Source of the DNA: Heterodontus francisci
Taxonomy: Eukaryota
DNA: 64,000 nt
Reading direction: 5' to 3'
Assembly (NCBI RefSeq): GCF_036365525.1
Contig: NC_090417.1
Coordinates: forward strand, 3,024,832 to 3,088,831
Below the pieces are notes generated by a model, which searched no databases, was not told where the DNA came from, and was given only the letters and a program-made list of their open reading frames with translations. Below, one piece after another: positions 49,199 to 61,089 of the stretch (positions are counted from its first letter, which is position 1; the number at the start of each line of letters is the position of its first letter). The position numbers were made by a program, and so were the translations under genes.

Positions 49199-50168
49199 TT
49201 AAGACCATAATGTTAGGTGTAAGAAAGCAAATGCTGTTTATTTTAAACAAACAAATTCATAAGCTTAATGAGAAGAATTTGCAACAAGCTTGTTAAGCAT
49301 TTGTCCAGTAATTGCATCAACAGTTAATTTCGTCACAAATATCTGATCAGAGTGGAAAATCACTCAGCTCCACAGAATTATTAACCTATTACACCATCTC
49401 GGCTCCACACTCGAATTTCCTTCCTGAACTTCTCTACTTCCCTCTCCTCCTTTAAAACTCTCCTTATAATTCACTTCTCTACTGATCAGCCCTCCTCATA
49501 TCTTCACCTTTGGATCAGCATCTAAGCTTTTCATGGTCTTTGTGAAATATCTGAGATGTCATTACTTCTACTTTAAGGCACTTTATAAGCACTAGTTGCT
49601 CTTGATTAATAAAAGCTCAGGGTGACTGCTTGCCTCCCTACAGCCATTTGGAGAGGCACCTAGCCTCTGTGGGAAGAAAGACTTGCATTTCTGTAGCACC
49701 TTTAATGACCTGGGTGTCCCAAAGAGCTTTACAACCAATGCAGTACTTTTTTGGAAGCAGAGTCAAGGTCGCAGGAAATGTGGAACTGTGCACAGCAAGA
49801 TCCCACAAACAGCTTAAAAAGTTCATGACCGGCTAATTTGTTTTTAGGTGTTAGTTGAAGGATTACATTGGCTAGGAGACCAGAGAGAACTCCCTTCCTC
49901 TTTAGTGCTGTGGGATCTATTACATTCATCTGAGGGAAGACAGGGCCTTACTTTAGTGTCACATCTGAAAGATGGCACATTTGTCAGTACTGCCCCTCCA
50001 ACTGGGCAGTGTTCCCTTAGATCTTCCCCTCTACTGTGCAGCGCTCCCTCAGTACCACCCCTCTACAGTGCAGCATTCATTCACAATTTGTCGGTCAATA
50101 GCATCCCAAAAGAAAAGCTGATCAATTATCTGAGATTCTATTGTCCCTTTTTTTTAATGACGAGTTAC

Positions 50169-50312
50169 CTGGTGCAAGATCTGTGCCATTCTGTCAAACA
50201 GGACTTTCAGGAAATCGCCTTCGTAAAACATCGCGTCTGGGTCACAGCTTTCCAAAGAATTGAGGACAAGTGGCCATTTCCACTCTCTGGCATTGATGCA
50301 GCAACCCTGGAA
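50169..50312 (-). CDS. FHIP2B: FHIP2B exon 14
   Basis: FQGCCINAREWKWP...FYEGDFLKVLFDRMAQILHQ; 144 nt. Confidence 0.9.
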
Positions 50313-50791
50313 CTATAGAGCACAGCACAGGTATAGGCTGGAACTCAACCTGCCCTCAGCGGATTGGATCATGTTTTTGGAAGCATACACTTGAGGCAAA
50401 TAGTAATCTTAAACTACAATAGTGATCAGTGGGTATTAAATTCTACCAAGAGAAGGCAGAACTCCCTGTATCCACATTGGACAGCAGCAATTCATTTAGA
50501 GGGGCAGATAAGCAGGCAAGCCTGTGTGTGATGCTGTACTGTTTAAGATGGTATTGTAACACAAGGGTGGACAGTCCCAACTCTGTCACAGAAAGGGAAA
50601 CGTTTCCTCCTAACTGCCTGAATTGGCACTGGTTCCAACACACGAAGCTGCCCAACAAATGGGAATAGCAATCCTAGAGTTTTCTCATAAACTGTTCAGT
50701 ACTTAATTCTTTGAATCAGGCTTTAGGGAAACTGCAATCTCACAGAACAGACATCATTCTCATACATCAGCAAGGCAAACAGTCGGCTTAC

Positions 50792-50882
50792 CATTCGATG
50801 TGCATCCACAAGGTAAGTGTCGTACCCACAGCCTGTCACAAGGTGAGAGGTTTTCACTGCATCAGGAACAAGACACAAGAAG
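50792..50882 (-). CDS. FHIP2B: FHIP2B exon 13
   Basis: FLCLVPDAVKTSHLVTGCGYDTYLVDAHRM; 91 nt. Confidence 0.9.
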
Positions 50883-51034
50883 CTGGAACACAAACACACA
50901 CAAGCTGAAGTCTGGAAATGTTACCAGTCCTGAGTTTGCTCGCAATTCCTTTACGGATTCCTCCATCTTTCCTCTGATCCTCACTTTTCAGCCTTATCCC
51001 ATTCCATGCCAGCCGTGGCTCAGGTTTTTTGTTA

Positions 51035-51812
51035 TTATTAATTTCATGGGATGTGTGTGTCGCTGGCAAGGCCAGCATTTATTGCCCATCCCTAATTGCC
51101 CTTGAGAAGGTGGTGGTGAGCTGCCTTCTTGAACCGCTGCAGTCCATGTCGGGTAGCTACACCCACAGTGCTGTTACGGAGGGAGTTCCAGGATTTTGAT
51201 CCAAACGACAGTGAAGGAAAGATGATATATTTCCAAGTCCATGGTGTGTGGCTTGGCAGGGAACTTGCAGATGGCAACATTCCCCCGCGTCTGCTGCCCT
51301 TGTCCTTCTAGGTGGTAGAGGTCGCGGGTTTGGAAAGTGCTGTTGAAGGAGCCTTGCTGCATTGTTGCTGTGCATCTTGTATATGGTACACAATGCTGCC
51401 ACTGTGTGTCAGTGGTGTAGGGAGTGAATGTTTGTAGATGGGGTGCTGATCAAGCGACCTGTTTTGTCCTGGATGGTGTCGAACTTCTTGAGTGTTGTTG
51501 CAGCTGCACCCATCCAGGCAAGTGGAGAGTATTCCATCATACTCCTCTGACTTGTGTCTTGTAAATGGTGGACAGGCATTGAGGCAGGAGGTGAGTTAGT
51601 CACCACAGAATTCCCAGCCTCTGATCTGTTCTGGTAGCCACAGTATTTATATGGCTGGTCCAGTTCAGTTTCTGGTCAATGTTAACCCCCAGGATGTTGA
51701 TGGTAGGGGATTCAGCGATGGTAATGGCATGAAATGTCAAGGGGAATTGGTTAAATGCTGTCTTGTTGGAGATCGTCATAGCCTGGCACTTGTGTGGCGC
51801 GAATGTTACTTG
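51035..51812 (-). mobile_element. Shark CR1/L2-group LINE 3' fragment
   Basis: MEYSPLAWMGAAATTLKKFDTIQDK on the minus strand. Confidence 0.8.
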
Positions 51813-52103
51813 CCCTCTGAATCAGAAGGTTCTGGGTTCAAGTCCCACTCCAGGGCTTGAGCACAAAAATCTAGGCTGACCCTCCAGTGCTGCACTGTCA
51901 GAGGTGTCGTCTTTCAGATGAGATGTTAAACCAAGGTCCTGTCTGCCCTTCAGGTGGACGTGTAAGAGCCCATGGCACTATTTTGAAGCAGAGCAAGGGA
52001 GTTATCCCTAGTGTCCTGGCCAATATTTATCCCTCAGTCAATGAAAAAATTACTTAGTCATTATCACATTGCTATTTGTGGGATCTTGCTATTTGCAAAT
52101 TGG

Positions 52104-52388
52104 CTGTCGAGAGCAAAAAACTGAGATTTGGCACTTACCTGTCGAGAGCAGGAAGCTGAGATTCGGCACTCACCTGTCGAGAGCAGGAAGCTGAGATTTG
52201 GCACTCACCTGTCGAGAGCAGGAAGCTGAGATTCGGCACTCACCTGTCGAGAGCAGGAAGCTGAGATTCGGCACTCACCTGTCGAGAGCAGGAAGCTGAG
52301 ATTCGGCACTCACCTGTCGAGAGCAGGAAGCTGAGATTCGGCACTCACCTGTCGAGAGCAGGAAGCTGAAATTCGGCACTCACCTGTT
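52104..52388. repeat. 35-bp tandem repeat, 8 copies, spanning the FHIP2B exon 12 splice donor
   Basis: Unit gtcgagagcaggaagctgagattcggcactcacct. Confidence 0.97.
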
Positions 52389-52524
52389 GACTATTCTGTT
52401 GACCTCTGATTTCCCATCAGCCTTTGTTGCCGCTTGCATTGCTGCAGGTGGAACAAGCCAATCAGAAGCTGGGAATCTGCTCCCTGTGTAGATGTCAGTG
52501 AAGAAAGGATCTTCTTCCAATTCT
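52384..52524 (-). CDS. FHIP2B: FHIP2B exon 12
   Basis: ELEEDPFFTDIY...DGKSEVNRIVNS; 141 nt. Confidence 0.88.
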
Positions 52525-52902
52525 CTGGAAAACCAAAAAGTATGGAGCGTGGATTTATCTGTGTCTGGTCCAATGGAGCAAATGTTAAAGCACTATTGCA
52601 TTTCACCATTAGGGGGTACAGTAACATAGTGGTTATGTGTGTGAAGTAATGATCCAGAGACATGAGTTCAAATCCCACCATGGCAGCAGCTGGGGAATTT
52701 AAATCCCACCAGTGAGAGATCAGCACTAACAACAGCCCTTCACAAAGCTCCAGCCCCTCAGTTTCAAACAGGACAAATCAGAGAGTGAGAAACAGAAGCG
52801 AGTCTCCTGGTTTAGACCCGGCAAGCTTCGCAAAGTAAGGAAACCGGTTAAAACCCAGCAGAGCATTCACATGATCACTGAAACAATTGCTCGAATCCCT
52901 TA

Positions 52903-53097
<195 letters not shown>

Positions 53098-53406
53098 TCA
53101 CACTGCAGCAACACATGGTGCGCTTCACAATATATTTAAAGCTAACAGTTTGTATATTAGTGCAGCCTAGGTTACAAACTCAAACACTGATATGGGACCC
53201 AAACCATCTGACCCAGGGGCGAGAGTTCTGTCAACTGAGCCCAGGTCGGATGCTGTATTTAGTAACAACTGCTTCAACAGAAGTTTTAAATTGAGCAGCT
53301 GGTAAACCTTTTAACAAAATCTGATGAGTGTGAGCGGCTGAACCTCACTGCACTGACCTGTGACCTCTCCCCGTGCTGACGGCGCCAGACTGACCTGTGA
53401 CCTCAC

Positions 53407-53599
53407 CTCATCAGACAGATGGTTGCAGCGTTCTATCAGCTGGGAACGCAGTAGCTGACAGGCTGGGTCCGTGGGCACTTCCACCTCTCTCTGATCTCCC
53501 AGCAAAAAGAAAACAAGTTCATTCAGCAACTGGGGGGATGTGATGTGAGTCACAACCCCCAGAAGCAGCGCAGTGGATGAGAGGATTCCAATCTCGTAC
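53407..53599 (-). CDS. FHIP2B: FHIP2B exon 10
   Basis: YEIGILSSTALL...LIERCNHLSDE; 193 nt. Confidence 0.92.
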
Positions 53600-54096
53600 C
53601 TGCAGAGGACAAACAAGGCCTACCGTAGTCAATCACAGGCAGCAACACCAGGTCTGCAACAAAGCTCTGCTCAGGGTAGCAGCTTCTACTAAAGAGGCAC
53701 AAGTTTAACTCTTTATTCAAGTAACTTTTCAGAAACAAATTTATCACATCAAGCGTTGGAGCTGGAAATGCACTGAACAAGCCCAGCCTCTGTAGCTAGT
53801 GATGTCGGTGATTAAATTTAGCCCATGTGACATAAGATGCGGCTGGAACTGGCACTAGACCAGCTTCTTCAGTGGGAGAGACTGTAGCAATGGAAGGAGT
53901 GAAACAAGGCAGATGGGCTTGGTGGTGTGGGATGCATTCTGAGGGCAAGGCTGAGACAGGGAGCATCTCCTACTGAATGTGACCTATACAAAATGACCTT
54001 GCCAAAGTCACAGCAGGTGAGAAATGGTTATTAATTGTACTTCTCCTGTTTTAGAAAAAGAAAGGCTATTAAAAGGAGAGAGAAGCAATTACTTAC

Positions 54097-54173
54097 ACCT
54101 GTAATAGTTGTGGCTCCAAGACTCTGACAAAGAAACGCGTCCTGATCTCCTGGGCCACAGCAGCAGCAGTTAC
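54097..54173 (-). CDS. FHIP2B: FHIP2B exon 9
   Basis: VTAAAVAQEIRTRFFVRVLEPQLLQV; 77 nt. Confidence 0.88.
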
Positions 54174-55260
54174 CTGGTTGATGAAGAGGAAATGGAAGTG
54201 TTACTCACCACCACTAGAAATGTAGGGAGAGGCAGGCAGTGTGTAGAACACAGCACCGGCCTGTCAGCCAGGTGGCCCCACCAGGAAGCTGGTTGATAAT
54301 GGGGCCATTACTCAGTGAATCACCGAGCCCAGTCAGTAATCACTGAGCTCACAGCCGGAAATCACTGCAGCAGCAAATCAACCAGAGGCTATGTTTATCC
54401 CGAAAGGCAAGACCAGTATAAAGTGGCACCCTCTTAACATGCTCTCTGCTCTAATCCTAGGGAATAACTATCTCAGGGTGGCAACTAAATGGATGCAGCA
54501 GACCCCAAACAAAATTTGCTAAGATTCCCACCTAATTGAACAAACAGTCTCGAAGATCAATCTCCTGACCTTGCAGTGGGTAAAATTGCAATTTCAGCTG
54601 GTTTTACCAAAGTATTATGGAAGCGACAGTGCATTGGACATTGCTTTTCGGAAAATCATATTTCAAATGAGAAAGGCTGGTTTCATCTGACCTTACAACC
54701 ACAATCGATCTCCCAAGCACCCCCTGAGTTACAGCTATTACACCTTGTTTTTATACAAACAGGCAAGCTGAGACCAAGTTTCACCTTATCAGCAGAATAT
54801 GCTATCCGTTACACTGTTTGTTGTAATAAGTGCGTTGTCTTGACTCACTGTGAGCATCGTAACAGGGAGAATGCTAGTGAAGTGCCTGCTGTTTCTCCAC
54901 TACATTAAACCCCAACTGCAACCTCAGCCTCAACTCTTACACTGTTCCCCATTCGAGAGACTGGGATCGGGGAGAGGGGACTTCTGACTAACATCGGGTT
55001 TGCAATTTAAAAGATTGAAGTTTCCCTGGTGGTGGGGTTGCTGGGAAACTCTATCAACATCCCCTTCCTCCTTGTGGGGAAGTGCCTGGTCCCTGCTCAG
55101 CAGGCCCACAGTGCCAGTCAAGACCTGTCAGTCATTGCTGCAAACTGCATTATGAGGCTTTGCGAAATCAGGAAGTGTTGGGGGCTCTAGCCCACTGTCC
55201 CTGCACACAGTACAACCCCATTCATTCGTTCCACTCGTACATCTGGCAATAGCGACCTAC

Positions 55261-55378
55261 CTTATGAGCTTCCTTCACCAGCTGATCACAGTAGTCTAGC
55301 CATGAGAAGAAAGACATCACAGCCCCTTTTCCTGGAAATGACTCTGCATCTTCCACATGACTGCCAGCATAGTGCGAC
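55261..55378 (-). CDS. FHIP2B: FHIP2B exon 8
   Basis: [39 protein letters not shown]; 118 nt. Confidence 0.92.
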
Positions 55379-55439
55379 CTGTGGATGCAAAACAAAGCAG
55401 GGCGCAGCATCAGCACATCCGCACAACTAACAAACTCTT

Positions 55440-56530
55440 GAAACAGTCGCTTACACCACAGGAGGGGGCCATTTCACCCATCGTGCCTTCGCTGACTCTT
55501 TGAAAGAACAGTCGTTTTTGATCCCACATCCCTGCTTTTTCTCTGTAACCCTTTACGTTCCTCACCCTTAAGTTCCTGTCCAACTCCCTTTTAAAATGTT
55601 TTAAACACCTTATCAACTTGCCCTGCCACCTTTTAAGGATTTGTATCTATCAACACCAAAGTCTCTCTCTGCTCATCTACACTTTTCAAAATGGTGCCAT
55701 TTGTCTTTCCATGTTTCTTTCAAAGTGAACATCTTCATACTTCTCCACATTGAACTTCATCTGCCATGCTTCTGCCCATTTCACCATCCTGTCTATGTCA
55801 TCCTGAAGCCTAGAACAATCCTTATTACTATCTACTACTTTGCCAAATGTTGTATCATCTGCAAATGTTATAATGTTGCTCCCTGTCCACAAATCTAGGT
55901 CATTTATAAAAATTGAGTAGAGTAATAGGTCCAAAACTGACCCTTGGAGAACACCACTGCAAACCACTGCCCAGTCTGAAAACTATCAACCACCTTCACT
56001 CTTCGCTTCCTCTCACTGAGCTTACTTTGTATCCTCACCACCACTTTCCCCCTTAATTCCATGGGCTTTCATCTTAACAAGCCTCCTGTTTGGCACTTTG
56101 TCGAAGGCCTTCCTTCCAACACCTACTTGATCAAACTTCTGTTACCTCATCAAAGAATTCAATCAAGTTAGTCAGATGCAGTTTGCCTTTAACAAATCTA
56201 TACTGGCTTTCCTTGATGAACCCATCCCTTTCCACATGAAAGTTTATTTTGTCCCTCATAATGGTTTCTCATAATTTCGTCACCACTGATGTTAGGCTGA
56301 CTGGTGTCTAGTTTTTTGGTTTATCCCTCTCCCCTTTCTTGAATAGTGCTATAACATTAGCAATCCTCCGGTGCCATTCCTCTGGCACTACTCCTGTATT
56401 CAATGAGGATTGAAAGACTGTGACCAATGCCTCTGCTATTTCGACTTCTTTCAGCAACCTGGGATGCATTCAAACCAGACCAGGTGACTTACCAACTTTC
56501 AGCATGGCTAATCTTTTCAGTAAGTCTTCT
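55440..56530 (-). mobile_element. Degenerate CR1 LINE
   Basis: SGVLQGSVL and TFADDT motifs. Confidence 0.8.
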
Positions 56531-56589
56531 CAATCTAGGCTAATAATTTCTGTTTTTCCCCTTTCTTGAACTGAAATAGTTTGGCGTAC

Positions 56590-56786
56590 CGCCAGTTAAC
56601 TCTTCCCAGCAATTCAACTTGTCCAGGGTCAACGGAGTCCGGTATCAGCCTGTAGAGATCAGACAGTCTGTCGGTCAGTGTGCGACACAACGCTGTGCTT
56701 TCCACCATGTACCTTGCTGCCACTTCCTCTGGTAATGTGACCAACAGGAGCAAGCCTTCGCAGGCCTTCAACGCAAATTGATTTTT
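56590..56786 (-). CDS. FHIP2B: FHIP2B exon 7
   Basis: KNQFALKACEGLLLLVTLPE...RVNWR; 197 nt. Confidence 0.92.
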
Positions 56787-57009
56787 CTAAATACAGAGAA
56801 TGGAAATGTGATGAAAATTTAACATACTTCAATTCTTACATCTGTAAGCACTTCCAGTCAGCTTGTTCCATTATAAATTCCTCTCCCACATTTATAAAGC
56901 TGCCTATGTGACCATCTCGCACTATCATTACGTCGTCCTCACCAAAACTAATAGAAATATAAATATAAGCACAGACTGCATGGGCCGAAATTCACATGAA
57001 AGCTGCCCC

Positions 57010-57935
57010 ATAGTAGATTCATTCTGGCACAGAAGAAAGCCATTTGGTCCATCGAGTCCACGCAGGCTCTCTATATAGCAATCCAGTCAGTCCCATTCCT
57101 CCCGCTCTATCCCTGGAGCCCTGCAAGTTTATTTCCCTCCAGTGCCCGTCAGATTTCCTTTTGAAATCAATGACTGTTTCCACTTCCACCACCCCCATAG
57201 GCAGCGAGTTCCAGATCATTACCATTCACTGTGCAAAAAAGTTCTTCCTCACATTCCTCCCCTGCACCAAACCTTCAATCTGTGTCCCATAGTCCTTGTA
57301 CCCTATCTATGGTGCAACCTATTACTGTTTCCAGGAGAGTCTGGTGTGAGTGACTTACGCCACACCAAAGTTTCCAGATAGTTTTGGACCTTGGTTAGAC
57401 CATGCTTGGAGTACTGAGCACAGTACTGGTCTCCATATTATAAAAAGGATATAGAGGCACTGGAGAACGTACAAAAAAGATTTCCAAGGATGATGTCAGA
57501 ACTGAGAGGTTATAAACTATCAGGAAAGACTGAACAGGCTGGAGCTCGTTTCACTCGAAAAAAAGGCTGAAAGGTGACCTGATAAGAGGTCTTTAAATTA
57601 TGAAGTGTTTCGTAGGGTAGATGTAGAGAGAATGTTTCCACTTGAGGGGGAGACCAAAGCTAGGGGCCGTAAATATAAGATAGTCACCAATAAATCCAAT
57701 CCCAAAGAGTGACAAGAATGTGGAAGTCGCAACCACAAGGAATAGTTGAGGTGAATAGCAGAGATGACTTTAAGAGGAAGCTAGATAAACACATGAGGGA
57801 GAAAGGAATAAAAGGATATGCTGTTAGGGTGCAATGAAGTAGGATGGGAGGAGGCTCGAGTGGAACAAGAACACCGGCATAGACCAGATGGGTCGAATGG
57901 CCTGTTTCTGTGCTGTAAATTGTGTAATTCTACAT
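57010..57935. mobile_element. Two CR1 3' fragments in opposite orientations
   Basis: Minus strand 57010-57310, plus strand 57380-57935; CR1 C-terminal and 3' UTR motifs. Confidence 0.75.
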
Positions 57936-58598
57936 GTTCTTGATCAGATTGATCAAAGCAGAGCCCCAAATCTTTGGCAGTTTGATATAATATAAATGCG
58001 TATGTTGTAATACTTCTTTCTCGTACTGTTAATGTAGTCACGAAAACAAGGGAAGATCCTCGGCACACGGTGGAACTGCCTCTTGCTGTGACAGTTTCCT
58101 GCACTGCTTAAAATCCACAGCTCCCAGTCACAGCCTCGTGACACAGTAAGAGAGTTACAAGACCAACCACTTGTTCTGGTGGCAATGTTTATTCAACATT
58201 TGTCCCTTTTTATATCTTTCAGTGATTTCTTGCCAGATATAAATAAATGTTGACCAGAATTCTTTAACGATTCATTAACAATTTGGTCCGAGTTGGTCAG
58301 CAGAGATGAAATGTAACTTTTATGAAGACTTCAACCAGTTCTAACAACCAACAGTATCCTGTGATGAGAGGGGAGTCAGGCTACTTTTCACGTTATACTC
58401 ACAGAATGATTCAGTTTCAAATGTACAGGATAAAATTCTCGCAGATATCAACAATTAAAATGAATTGTTGACTCTCTGTTTACCACTCCCGATCCCCACT
58501 TGCAACCCTCCCCAACCCCACAACAAGCTTACTCTCTCCGTTCCCTAACTCGTGCTCCCGTCTCTCTTGCCTGCTCTATATAGTAATGCTGGACATAC

Positions 58599-58841
58599 CT
58601 CACTTGCGGTCAATGTCAGTAGAGCATGAAGCAGGCTCTCGTCCAGCTGACTGCCTTCCCCCTCAGGATTGAGGTGTGTGGAGTTTGCGCACATCACTGG
58701 AGATTGGTCAGACTGTGACAGGCTAACCTCGGGCATTAAGCTGGACGTTGGCGTTTCTGTACCGACAGTGTCCTGTCGGTAATCTTCCCTTTTCTCAAAG
58801 GAACAAGACAATGATTTTCTGGAAGCAGCAGAATTCTTTTT
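58599..58841 (-). CDS. FHIP2B: FHIP2B exon 6 (variable linker)
   Basis: 243 nt open; tttcag| acceptor, GAG|gtatgt donor; ends SLLHALLTLTASE. Confidence 0.8.
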
Positions 58842-59545
58842 CTGAAAACACACAGCCCATTTAAGAAGAAAGAAGGAAAGAAAAAGACAGATTTGCATTT
58901 ACATAGTGCCTTTCACAACGGCAGGACTTCCCAAAGCGCTTTACAGCCAATGAAGTGCTTTTGAAGTGTAGTCACTGTTGCAATGCAGGGAAATGTGGTC
59001 GGCAGTATGCGCACAGAAAGCTCCCACAAGCGGCAATGTGTTCATGTTGATTGAGGGATAAATATTGGCCAGGACACCAGGGAGAACTTCACTATTCTTC
59101 TTCAAAATAGTACTGTGGGATCGTTTACATCCACATGAGGGTTTAAACGTCTGAAAGATGGAGTGGGAACATGGTTTCACACTACTTGCAAACCTCAATG
59201 CCTTGGGCTGTTTGTGGGATCAGCACATGATGTGTTAAAACAGCTTTCTGCTGAACAGGGATGCATTGTGAAGATCAATGTGCCCAATTAAAAGGAGAAT
59301 CGTCTTTAGTCAGGCTCGCTGCTAAACCCACAACACAAATGGCACCCATCGTTGCTAACCCATCAAACCTGTGGGTCCAACTGCCTTAAATCTGCCAGCT
59401 ATCTGTCTCTGTTACCCTTGCAGTGCATACAAATGTCACATTCCATAGCAGAACTCGCGCTTATCTGTCCTCAAACATGAAGAGGTGTTTGATCCAGGCA
59501 TGCAGTGACAGACCACTGCAGTTTTGTGTGTTGGACTGTACCTAC

Positions 59546-59668
59546 CTCAATGAAGAAGTTAATCAGGTAGGGATCCTGGCTGAGTTTTGCACAGACTGTG
59601 GTAAGAAAGTGCACTTCCTCCTTTTGTGTTTTGGATCCCAGGCCCTCGCCACACAAACGAATTAACTT
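59546..59668 (-). CDS. FHIP2B: FHIP2B exon 5
   Basis: [41 protein letters not shown]; 123 nt. Confidence 0.92.
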
Positions 59669-60267
59669 CTAACAGCACAAGAGAGAAAACCCAGACATGT
59701 CAGCCTCGAGTGGCAATCTAAGTGATGGTGAGTATCCACCATTTAAAACTGCACTCAATCATTTTTAGATAGAATCAATACAGCTTCAATAACATAAATT
59801 GTGATCTATGGAACATTGTGAAAATATCTTACAGACCACCCCAATTGGGGGAGTGGGCAATGGTGTAATGGAACTTTCCAGCATTTTCTCTTCATATTCC
59901 AGCATCTGCAGAATTATCCTCCTGGATTAGAGACATGCCTCCCTGCTGGCTGAACTCACCAATTGGTATTCTGAGCTTGACACAGCTGGGAAGGCCAAGG
60001 CTCCGCACTAAATTAGCTGATTAGTGGCCTAGCTAACCACGGGCAATGGAGAGAGTGGAAATAGCAGGATTCCTGCTTCAGATCACAGTTCAACAGCTCA
60101 GCTGCACTCACTTTGTAAGCTCACACAGAAACAATGGTCAGCAGTGCAAGCCGCCAGCCAGCTGCATAAGTCAAGTCTTTGGAGAAGGAGGCAGGAAAAA
60201 CAGAGTAAATATTAAAGAAAAGACAGTCTAAAGCAGTGGCAGCAACACAGGGCAGTACCGTACCTAC

Positions 60268-60372
60268 CTGCACAGGGCGGTGCACATTGACGTGAGGCAG
60301 CAACGGCTGCTGAATCTGCCCTAACAGTTTGGTGATGAGGATCATCACTTGCTGTTTCATGCCAGGTGGATA
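60268..60372 (-). CDS. FHIP2B: FHIP2B exon 4
   Basis: [35 protein letters not shown]; 105 nt. Confidence 0.93.
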
Positions 60373-60426
60373 CTGTAGAAACACAGACACACACACAGAT
60401 GTCATTCACTATCAGAGCAGGGCTCA

Positions 60427-60654
<228 letters not shown>

Positions 60655-61089
60655 TTAAACACCACAATGGCCAAACAACATTTCCAGCAGATCAAGGTAC
60701 TGGGAGAGTCCAGGATAGTCCCTGGCTGCCCCAGTTATCTCAGCATTAGGATCTATCAGCAACTGCCCATTCGATCCAATGCTGAAGGTTTATAAAGAAC
60801 TTCCAATCACCACTAGTCAAATTTCTCAAAATGTCTGATTGCACCATGACATTGACAACACACATACTGAAACCAATCACGCACCAGAAGGATTCAAACC
60901 AAAAGCTGCCACACTGCTTCAGGGTATCTGTGCAATGAGGCAAGGCTCCGAGTCAGCAATCCATTCTCAACTGGTTGGTCCTTCTGCATTTGATGGAACA
61001 GCAATGTCAGGAATTCAGCCAACATCTGTGCAAACGGCTCAATGAGAATACAGGAGTCAAGGAAGAGGAAAGGCTCCCTGACCATTGAA

